Below, piece by piece: positions 22,601-31,697 of a stretch of 49,115 nucleotides of DNA. The DNA comes from Chrysochromulina tobinii (Eukaryota): contig JWZX01003214.1 in NCBI GenBank assembly GCA_001275005.1, positions 1 through 49,115 on the forward strand, in the 5' to 3' direction. The notes beneath the pieces are model-generated. The model saw only the letters and a program-made list of their open reading frames with translations. It had not been told where the DNA came from and ran no database searches. The position numbers and the translations under genes were made by a program. The number at the start of each line of letters is the position of its first letter. Within the stretch, counting starts at the first letter, position 1.

Positions 22601-23257
22601 CTCGGGCTCGTCGGCCGCCGCGACGGCGCCTGAAGCCAAGAGGAGTGAGAGGAGCGCGGCCGCCTCGGTGGCCGCCGCTGAGGGGCGCGCGCCGTGTTGG
22701 GCGCTGTACTGGGCGGCGACCTCGGAAGGTGCAGCAGCTGCCGCCTTACTGGGCGCCGTACTGGGCGCCGTACTGGGCGCCGCCTCTGCTGAAGCCGCAG
22801 CCAGCACTGACTCCGCCGACTCCGCCGACGCCGCCGACTCCGCTGACTCCACGAGCGTGGCTGGAGAGCGCGGGAAGGGAAGAGACGCCAGCGACGGCAG
22901 CGACGGCAGCGACGGCAGCGACGACGCTTCCTTTTTTGGAAGCGACGGCAGCGACGACGCTTCGCATGCCGACGCTCCGAATGCTACCGGTACGACGGAG
23001 GCATCGACGGAGGCGTCGACGGAGGCGGAGCCGCGGTGGTGGCCGCGGTGGTGGCTGAGGCTCGTGAGCGAAGCGGCGACTGAGTACGAGCGTCGCCTTG
23101 GCGTGGGTGTGCGTAGCTCGACCGTGGCGGCGTGGGCGCCGGGGCTGTCAACATTGTACCCGAGGGCCCGCAGCTCGGCGCCGTCGCTCTGACGAAACCC
23201 TGTGGGGAGGGCTGGGCCTGCCCAGCCGTCGCTCGGCAGCATCGTCGGATCCGCGGC

Positions 23258-23290
<33 letters not shown>

Positions 23291-23912
23291 AGCGTCGGCC
23301 GGCGGCCGGCGGAACGGAGGGGACTCGTAAAAGGTAGGCAGCGACTTCGATCGCTCGATGCCGGGGCGCTGTACTGAGCGCTCGGGGAATGGGCGGCTTA
23401 CCGTGGATGCCGAGGGTGACGAGGGTGACGGCGTCGGTGGCAACTGGCCGCTGCTCAAGAGGTAGGGAGAGGCGGCCTGATGGCGACGATTGCGAGCGAA
23501 GGACTGCCATTCGAATCGGTGAACGTCATCTCCCCACTGTGTGAATGCCTGGAGCATGAGACGATCCGCCGCGCCGTCGCGGCAGCTCTTTCGCGTCCTC
23601 GTGGGCGCCCTCGTGAGCTCCGGCGAGCTGTGTAAGGGCTGCGGGGACGAGCTGTGAAAGGGCTCCGGGGACGAGCTGCCCTCCTCTGCCTCCTCCTCCT
23701 CCTCCCCCTCATCCTCCTCCTCCCCCTGTGCCCCGACCCCTGGGCGCGCACCCCTCCCCCTCCTCGGGGATCCGTCCTGACGAAACCCGGTGCAGCCGTC
23801 CTGACGAAACCTCGGGGAGCCGTCCTGACGAAACCTCGGGGATCCATCCTGACGAAACCTCGGGGAGCCGTCCTGACGCAACCTCGGGGAGCCGCCCATC
23901 CGGAGTACACGA

Positions 23913-23948
<36 letters not shown>

Positions 23949-25282
23949 TCCTCGAGTGACGAGATCGACATCTCGAGTGACGAGATCGACATGGACGAGG
24001 CCGCGAGCGCCGCCACATCTCGATGCACCGCTGAGGACGTGCGACCTCTAGTGCCGTCCTCGTCCTCGTCCTGACGAAACCTCGGGTCGTCCTCGTCCTC
24101 CTCCTCCTCGCCGTAGCAAAGATCGAGCGACCTTCGCCGGTGTGAGCTGAGCTGCTCGTCTCCAGCCAGCACGGGCTGCGGGCTGCTGCTGCTGCTGCTC
24201 TCCAACGCGTCAAGCTCGGCGTCGTCGGGTGCAGCGCAGCGGCGCAGCCAAGAGGCATCGCCCGCCGATCGAGCGAGCGCATCGCCCTCCGCCGCTGCCG
24301 GCAGCGACGCGAAGGAGCGGGCGCGTGCGCGACGAAACCTCGAGCTCGCTCCGGAGCTCTCCTGACGAAACCTCGAGCTCGCTCCGGAGCTCTCCTGACG
24401 AAACCTCGAGCTCGCTCCGGAGCTCACGGCGCCTCGGCCGCCGTCGGGCTCCTCGGACGGCGGGTGCCGCGGCGCCAGCACCGCGCTCATCGGCGCCCGC
24501 CGCGCCTCGGGTGAGAGCTCGGGCAGTGGTACGAGGCGCGCATACCTGTGGGGAAACGCGGGGCGCCGTGGTGAGCACGTGCATGCATCGGGAGAGAGCT
24601 CGGGTCAGTGGGAAACGAGGCGCGCGCACGGCGTGAGGGCGACCACGAATCGTGTGGACAGGTTGACAGCGTCCGCCGAGATGAGTGCTGCGAGCGGGGC
24701 GCGCAGGGCCTGCGCCTGACGCAGCAGCTCCGTACACAGCGGCCCGGCCGGTGGCGGCGCTGCTGGCGGCGATGCTGGCGGCGCTCCTGGCGCTGGCGCC
24801 GCCGCCGCCGCTGGCGGCTCGGAGGCGGTCGCGAGGCAATTGGGAAGCGCCAGCTGACGTTCCAGCTCCAGCAGAGTCTCCAAGCGCCGGTCGCTCCCGC
24901 TACTGGGAGAGTCGGTCGCCGGCGCTGCGCCCGGCTCCTCGACACGGTCCTCGAGGAAGGCGATGCACAGCTGCCGCAGCGCGAGGAGCGCTTGGCGCTG
25001 CTCGGCGGTCAGCTGGCGGGCGGCGGCCATCTCGGCATGCGTGTGCGGTCCGCCGCCGGCGACTGCGCCCGCCGCCTGCATCAACGGCGACGCGAGCAGC
25101 ACTCGCAGCTGCGCATCCGCCTGCTGCTTCGCACGGCGGAGCGCTTCCGACAGGGACGGCTCGCGGCTGCCAGCCCCGGCGAGGCCGAGGAGGTTGTTTG
25201 CGGATTGCACGCGACGCGGACTGACGTGGGCGGACTCGGCGATGGCCACGCGCAGGTCGGGGCGCCTGTAGCCGGCGGGCAT
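17841..25282 (-). CDS. IRE/RIM15/MAST(Greatwall)-type AGC Ser/Thr kinase; introns 24546-24629, 20388-20515, 19937-20156 (possibly 18171-18236); +1 frameshifts at about 21975-21979 and 19599-19601
   Basis: [84 protein letters not shown]...EHSKLC zinc finger and an N-terminal IREH1-like helical region. Long low-complexity linkers. Confidence 0.9.
19937..20156 (-). other. Repeat-filled intron ending CCTCCCTCATCAG inside the kinase domain
   Basis: CA|GTATGTGGC...CAG|GTACGTGGC restores HARQYVAEI. About 20 units of ACCACTGATG/ACCTCGGATG in sense orientation. Confidence 0.9.
20388..20515 (-). other. Intron with two GCTCACCACGGCGCC cassettes
   Basis: CT|GTACGCGATC...CCCCACAG|GTACGCCATC restores DLYAIKVL. 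Confidence 0.88.
23776..23896. repeat. In-frame 24-bp tandem repeat (RQDGSPRF)n in the kinase linker; further in-frame repeats at 18546-18680 (45 bp), 22030-22100, 22148-22222 and 24330-24425 (33 bp)
   Basis: Directly visible tandem units with lengths that are multiples of 3. Confidence 0.9.
24546..24629 (-). other. Intron with about 40-bp diverged exon duplication and a GCATGCACGTGCTCACCACGGCGCC cassette
   Basis: CC|GTGCGCGCGCCTCGT...CCCCACAG|GTATGCGCGCCTCGT. Splicing joins ORF 24605-25282 in frame to ORF 21788-24490 (ALTPYARLV). Confidence 0.85.
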
Positions 25283-25570
25283 TCACCGTGCTTCACCTTC
25301 CAGCAGGGAGAAAGGCCGGGCCGTCGCCAAAGCGTTCGCCTTTTCCAGGACACTCCACCCCATGAGACGCGGCACCCTAGAATTTCGTCAAATCTGCATT
25401 TCTCCACCTCCAGGTCGGTGCAAAGCGTTTCCAACCCGATTCACCGTGGTCAGAAGGCTCTGGAGGGTATTTGTGCTTCTTTGCAACGTGTTCCGCAAGT
25501 TCACGGTGGACCCGCCGGCGATGAGCTGCAAAGCACGTCGCGACTCACCGGAGGTCGCGCTCGCACCGCA

Positions 25571-28517
25571 ATGCCGGCCGAGGTGACCGCGCCCAGCCTG
25601 CTGCGCCAGCTGGGCCAGTTGGCTGCTCCGACGGCCAGCTCGCCTTCGAATAAGGGCTCCAAGCTCAAGCGTCAGCGCGTGGGCGATGGTGGCGCCGCCG
25701 GCTTCCTGCGCGAGCTCGGCCAGCTCATCACCAAGATCTCCGCGACGGGCGTGACGGTCGAGGAGCTCGCACCGCCGCTACGCCTCGTCGTCGCGCTTGC
25801 GACGCTCTCCAACGTGTCCAGCTGGTGGCCGGCCTCCTCGGCGCAGACCTTTGAGGGGCCCCTTGACGCGGCGCGCCGGCTGCTCTCGGCGCTGCTGCCC
25901 GTCACGGGCCCGCTCGACTTCTTCGACCACACGGCGGTGCTGCTCGGCGCGTTCGGTCAGCTCGGCGCGTTCCGCGCCGAGGCGATGCACTGGCTCGTGC
26001 TCGCGCATGAGGCCCTAGGCTGCTGGTACGCCCTTCATCCCGGCCGAACGGCCCTGCTCTACCACCTGCGCGACCCGCAGCTGACGGCGGACGCGGGGTT
26101 CGCACTCTTTCGGATCGGGAGCTGCTGTGCCGCGCGGCGCGGAGGGGCGGGCGGCGCGTGGCTCGAGCGCCACCATCTCAAGATGGTGTACGCCGTGCTG
26201 CGCGAGCGAGAGAGGACCCAACTGCCGCCGCTTTGGGTGCTTCGAGCCATCTTGACCCATCAACTCCCGAAGCTCACGGACCCGAATGACGCGCGGCTCA
26301 CCGGTGTGTTCAGCATGTCGCCGTACCACGAGCTCGCGTGCGTTGATTACGTAGCCGCCGACGAGCTCACCGCACTCATCGCGTGCATGCGTAACGACAC
26401 GTTTACGACCGCTGCTGACCGTCAGTGGCGCGAGCGGCGCGAAGCAGCTGCCTATCTCCGAGGCACGGGCGGCACGCACGCGCACGCGGCGCTCGCGGCG
26501 CAAAAGCAGCAGGCGGCCGCCGCCCTCGCGCGTGCGTCCGACACCGGTGCCGCTGACGGCAACGCGAACGGCAACGGCCTTGCCGGAAGCGCCGTCCCGG
26601 GCGTCTTCGGCCCGCTGGTGTGTGAGCGATTTCTTTCAGAGCGCTTATCCTCCCTCGAAGCGGCGCTATGGTGCGCCGAGTGCCGCTGAGTGCCGCTGAG
26701 TGCCGCTGATCGCCGCTGAGTGCCGCTGAGTGCCGCCGAGTGCCGCCGAGTGCCGCTGAGTGCCGCTGAGTGCCACGGATCGCCGCTGAGTGCCACGGAT
26801 TGCATCCCTCATCAGGCTGCAGCAATGTGCGGTGGTGCTGCAGCTGGCGTCGCCGATGGAGGTGTGCGCGCGACCCGAGCTGCGACTCTCCGCGCGCCTC
26901 CTCTGGCATAGCCCCGCCGCCAAGGTGCTCCAGGACCGGGCGGACGCCGCCTTCGAGGCTGGCATGTCCGTGGGCGCCTCCGACGCCGATCGACGGTTGG
27001 CCCTCGTGCAAGCGGCACGGCTCGCCCGAGCTGTGAATGCCACCGGCGGCGCGGCGCAGCGATGGCTGGCGGAGGGGTGCCTCCACGTGGATAGTTCGTG
27101 CTGGCGCGCCGTGCTGCTGCTCGTGGCCCACCTACCGTTGCTCGAGTGGGGGCAGGTGAAACCCGCCCTCGACGGCGCGTCACGCTTCGCCCAAGAGCTG
27201 CATGCAATCGCGCCTCGCGGCGAGGACCAGCAGATCAGCTGCATGCTCTTCGTCGTCCTCGGCGAGCTGCTCGAGCATTGGCTCACGACGTTGCGTGTGC
27301 GGGGCACCATCCAGCCCGGCCGGTGCGTCCCAATCTCCGAGGGAGATTTGCTATGGAGCTCGGGCTCGGAGCTCGAGACGTTACGCACGCTGGTCGCGTG
27401 GGTGGATCTGCAGGCCCAGCTCGCACTGCAGGCCGCCCCTCGCTCGACCGCCCTTCACCTCGCCGTGATGGGCTTCTTCGCCAAGGTGGGCAGGCTGCAC
27501 ACACACTGCTCCGTCCCCTTTATGGTCGTGCCCTCCTACCCCGTCGCCCAGCGCTGCTTGCTCCACTCGTGCCCACTCGTCGTCTCGCGCCTCTGCGGCT
27601 TGCTTGCGGACTACCGCAAGGAGATCGAGGGGCTCAAGGCCACCTACGCCTCCTCTCCGCTGCCTCGGAACGCCCGAGCGGGGGCGAATGGTCTACAGGT
27701 GTGAATGACCTGTGAATGATTGTGAATGACTGTGTGAATTGCTGCTGGCTGGGGTCTGATTGCCACGGAGTGCGTCTGATGGCCTCGCGCGTGTGCGCGT
27801 GAATCGAGCACCACAGGACATCCCGCGCTTCAACTCGTTCGTGCTCGATGCATGCAATGCCCTGTGGCGCAATCGAGCCTTCGTCGAGTGCCCGAGCGAC
27901 GCGGCGCCCAACACGGCGGCGCAGGTCGACGAGCAGCTCAGCTGCCTGCGCCTGCCCAAGACGACGCTCACGCAGCTGCATGCGGCTCTGGAAGCCGTAC
28001 TCGTCCCTCAGGTGAGTCTCGTCAATTGCCTGTGAGACCTCTGAGTACCACTGATACTGAGTGCGACCGATGGCCACAGATGGCCACTGAGTGCCTCTGA
28101 TGGCCACTGATGGCCACTGAATGCCTCTGATGGCCACTGATGACCGTACTCTTCCCACAGGAGGGCGAGGCGCCGTCCGACGATCAGGTCTCATGGGGCC
28201 ATGGAGGGCGCACCACGTTCGAGTTGCGCCGCACCCTCTCCATCACACACGGCGCCGCGTGGCAGGGGCACGTTCGCACCTTTTTAAACTCCGGGGCCGT
28301 CGCCGCCCATGTAGACGATCGTGCGGCCGCCAACGGCTCGCCCACTTCTGTACCGAAGCGCCCCACCGTACACGCCCTCGAGAACCCGAATCTGAAGGCG
28401 CAATACCTCGATGAGCTCCGGCGTGAGGGGTATGTGGGGCTGTACGACTTTCTGCATGCATTCATCTCGTCGCTCGCGCGCCGGCAGCAGCGGCAGGGGA
28501 TGCAGCAGGCGGCCTGA
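25571..28517 (+). CDS. CENPI: Centromere protein I (CENP-I/Mis6/Ctf3)-like; introns 26671-26815, 27699-27816, 28012-28160
   Basis: C-terminal motifs VSRLCGLLADYR, FNSFVLDACNALWRNRAF, LSITH and YLDELRREGYVGLYDFL resemble the Mis6/CENP-I C-terminus. Splices keep the frame. Confidence 0.7.
26671..26815 (+). other. Repeat-filled intron (GAGTGCCGCT)n ending CCCTCATCAG
   Basis: TG|GT...CAG|G gives AALW-LQQC. Confidence 0.85.
28012..28160 (+). mobile_element. Introner-like intron, GTGAGTCTCGTCAATTGCCT family, copy 3 (17-bp diverged duplication)
   Basis: CCGTACTCGTCCCTCAG versus CCGTACTCTTCCCACAG. GATGGCCACT filler. Confidence 0.8.
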
Positions 28518-28994
28518 CCGGACAATGGCCGCCGAAGGGCTGCCTGCATGACCTCGGTAGCAGGCGGCGCGGCGGTCGTAGGGGAGGGAGCTGCGCCGCG
28601 CTCTTGCGGTCTCGGCAAGGGGCGATCGGGGCTGGCAAGATACATGGACGCGACGAGAAGACGTGATCTCCGTCGTGTACGCGTGTCTGGACCCGTCTCT
28701 CTGTCGGTGGCGCTAGTCGCAGTTAAGTCGCGTCCCCGGTTGTTACGCGCGATATCAGAGTGTTTTCGAACAAGACACCGGGCGACCCGGGTGTAGGTCT
28801 GTAGGAGCACTGTTTCGGGATAGAATAAAAATACGCAGATCGATCACGCCATTATTTTGCAGTTGAGTTCGCAGAGTTGGGGGCGCCGAGAAGCGCCGTG
28901 AGCCCCGTGACCGTGTACCCGGGTCCGTGATTCTCGGAGCGATACGGAGTGACGCCGCCCAGACGAGGCCGAGCGCGGAGCGATCCCCCCACGA

Positions 28995-29855
28995 TCAGCG
29001 CCACGGGCTCGAGGGCAAGGGGCGCATCATCGCCGTCTCGAACGTGTGCGCAAGTGCGGCGATCTCTTCAACGGCAGCGCGCCACTTGCTCGCCTTGCGC
29101 GATGCCTGACGCGACGCAAGGGACGCCTCGAGAGTACGATGGCGCCAAATCTCGATGACGACGTTGAGGGAGCCGCAGTCGGAGTAGAGAAGCGTGCAAA
29201 GCTCGGAGGCGCCCGAGTCGTCCGCAGCAAGCTTGTCTTGCAGCCCCGTGCCGTAGAGCTCGAGGAATTTGGGCACTGTGGAGTACCCAAGCTGCAGCTG
29301 ATACTTGCGCATCTCGAAGGCCACTGGCTGCCGGCCCATGGCCGGCTCGTGGCTGGCCAACGTCCAAGGCTCCTGGTGCGAGGGAGGCAAGTACGCGAGC
29401 GCCCCGGGCAAGCCCGCCGCCTCCAAGCACGCGGTCGCTTCGTTCATGATCATGCTGGTCGAGTCCGACAGCGCATCTCGCAGTGCGGGCAGTGGCAACG
29501 TCATGTTCGAAATCATCTCAGTGTTGCTGACAGTGGTGCCGTACAAATCGGCTTCGTCGGCCGCTAACATCTGCGCCTTGTCACGCTCGTCAAAGCTCTC
29601 CCAGTGGTACAGGTGGCTGACCACCGAGGTGGAGCCACCAATCTCTGTCTTCCACATCCCAAGGAGGCCGGGCGAGGCCCGTTTCCGAGAGTCTGCTGTG
29701 CGCTCGATTTCGTCGAGGTACGAGTGCATCTTCCCGGGTAGCACGTGGTCAGCTCGTAGCTCAAAGAAACCCTTTTTGCGCCCGGTGGAGAGTGCACGGG
29801 AGGCAGTCAGGAGCCTGCAAGAGCGCCTTGCGACACGGAAAAGGATCTCCGCCAT
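28995..29855 (-). CDS. NIPSNAP: NIPSNAP family protein, mitochondrial-type presequence
   Basis: Two repeats: FELRADHVLPG...GMWKTEIGG...HLYHWESFDER and FEMRKYQL...GSLNVVIEIW. Ends PLPSSPWR. Arg/Ser-rich N-terminus. Confidence 0.88.
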   Translation of the reverse strand: MAEILFRVARRSCRLLTASRALSTGRKKGFFELRADHVLPGKMHSYLDEIERTADSRKRASPGLLGMWKTEIGGSTSVVSHLYHWESFDERDKAQMLAADEADLYGTTVSNTEMISNMTLPLPALRDALSDSTSMIMNEATACLEAAGLPGALAYLPPSHQEPWTLASHEPAMGRQPVAFEMRKYQLQLGYSTVPKFLELYGTGLQDKLAADDSGASELCTLLYSDCGSLNVVIEIWRHRTLEASLASRQASRKASKWRAAVEEIAALAHTFETAMMRPLPSSPWR

Positions 29856-29963
29856 TCTCGAGTGAAAATTGGCGTGAAGTCCCCAGCGAGAGGGTGGAAT
29901 TGTGTGAAGTACATGAATATAAATTTTCGCGCCATCGTGAACGCTTTGGCGTCACTTCACACG

Positions 29964-31280
29964 ATGGACTTCGTCCGCAACTCCGCGGCGCCACATCTGC
30001 AATCGTCACACCGCTGCCGCTGCCGCTGCGAGGCTCGTGGTCCACGGAGGCTCTTGCGCCTCTCACGCTTCGACGTGACGCTCAACGCCGCCGACCAGGA
30101 GGCCCTGTTCCATGCGCTCTGCCGCGACGGCGCCGTGCTGGTGCGTCCCCTCGACTCCGCCCGTCTGGCCGACACTATCTCCGCGTGCTTTCGAGCCTGC
30201 GGCGGCTTCTTCGCGCGGCCGTTTGAAGAGAAGACTCGGCACTATGCCGGCGCTCACGTCGGCCAAGCTCATGGCTACATGGACTACCTCGCCGATGCGG
30301 AGGGCTCCGAGTGCTTCGAGGCGAAGCTGCACTACGACTCGCGCTTCGAGTGGCCCAGCAAGCCCACAGGCCTGCGGGTCGCCATCGAGGCGGCGGCCGA
30401 CGTGCAGCGGCGCACAGGCCTGTGGCTGCTGGACGCGGTCATGCTGGCTCTGGGGTTTGACCAAGCCCACGTCGACGGCCTTGTGGACTCGCGTCGTGCA
30501 GGCGACGATGACGAGAGGCCCGCCTATGCCGCCGGCAAGGCGCGGTCTGGCATGGTGCACGCTAGCGGTGAGGCGCGAGCTGCCAGCGAGTCGCCCGAGG
30601 GCATCGCGCTCCGCTCGGCGTCGCATTCGGCGTTACGAGTGTGGCAGTACACCCACGGTCAGCCAAGCGGCTGGCATTGCGACAACACTTTGCTCACCCT
30701 CGCGCCCCGCGGCTCGTCAGTCGGGCTGGAGGTGCGCTCACCTCTCGACGGGCGCTCCTTCTCTCCCGAGTCGAGCATGAGCGCGGATGAGCTGCTCGTC
30801 TTTGCGGGCGACTCGCTCTCGTACTTGTCGTCCGGACGCGTGCCGGCGCTGATGCATCGGGTGGTGCCGCCGCCGCCGCCGCCCATCTCTTCCGCCCACT
30901 CGACCACCCACGCAGATCCACCGCGCCTCTCGTGCCCCTTTTTTCTGCGCGCGAGGCGCAGCGCCACGCTCGAGCCGCGCCGTGTTGAGCTCGTGCCGCG
31001 CCGTGTTGAGCTCGAGCCGCGCCGTGTTGAGCTCGAGCCGCGCCGTGTTGAGCTCGAGCCGCGGAGCGGGGGCCTACCGCCACTGCTCGTCGCGGCGCTC
31101 GAGCACAATGCCGACAACTTGCGCTCGCGCTGGCCGTGGAAGTGCCGCGGGCCGCTCGCCGAGTACTACTCGCAAGGCGTGCAGTGGCACGCGGCGAGCC
31201 GTGTTGAAGGACATGAGAGCCAAAGTACCGTGCTGGGGCCTGAAAACGCAACGCCTCATGCTCAAGATCCGCCCCGTTGA
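29964..31280 (+). CDS. 2-oxoglutarate/Fe(II) dioxygenase (IPNS-like)
   Basis: HxD in GWHCDNTLLTL, GLEV, LLVFAGDSLSYLSSG, distal His in MHRVV, RxS in RLSCPFFLR. Contains a 21-bp in-frame repeat (LEPRRVE)x4 at about 30969-31060. Start uncertain. Confidence 0.85.
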   Translation: MDFVRNSAAPHLQSSHRCRCRCEARGPRRLLRLSRFDVTLNAADQEALFHALCRDGAVLVRPLDSARLADTISACFRACGGFFARPFEEKTRHYAGAHVGQAHGYMDYLADAEGSECFEAKLHYDSRFEWPSKPTGLRVAIEAAADVQRRTGLWLLDAVMLALGFDQAHVDGLVDSRRAGDDDERPAYAAGKARSGMVHASGEARAASESPEGIALRSASHSALRVWQYTHGQPSGWHCDNTLLTLAPRGSSVGLEVRSPLDGRSFSPESSMSADELLVFAGDSLSYLSSGRVPALMHRVVPPPPPPISSAHSTTHADPPRLSCPFFLRARRSATLEPRRVELVPRRVELEPRRVELEPRRVELEPRSGGLPPLLVAALEHNADNLRSRWPWKCRGPLAEYYSQGVQWHAASRVEGHESQSTVLGPENATPHAQDPPR

Positions 31281-31697
31281 ACTGTTCCCATATGCGGGTG
31301 TGTACTCTTTCTCGTTTTCTCAAGGTAATTCTAGTGCAGAATAACGGTACGCTATAGCGTATACGGGCTATAGGTTTAGGTAGACGACTATGGTCTATGC
31401 GATGGCCGATGCACGCCTCTGTAACTGTGATGGGGAAGGAGTGACGCAGCGCAGCGTGACCCGTTCCCGTAGCGGCACGCCGCCCCGCTCGGCTGTGATG
31501 GCCTACGAATCCTACGGGAGCCCCACCGCACCAACGCCCTACTCGACGCCCTGCCACGTGCCAGGCCCACCAGCACACCAGCGATGGCCGATGCACATAT
31601 GAGACCAAAAAAGGTGCTCTCTCCAAGCACCCTTTAACTCCAAGCACCCTTTAACAGACGCAGCACGCGCACACACGCATCACAGATGCAACTGTTC

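Noticed and set aside
24608..25570. 5' extension of the 693-aa ORF
   Set aside because: Overlaps the first kinase exon antisense. The plausible start is ATG 25571.
30969..31060. 21-bp repeat as an intron
   Set aside because: In-frame tandem repeat with no cassette or convincing splice signals.
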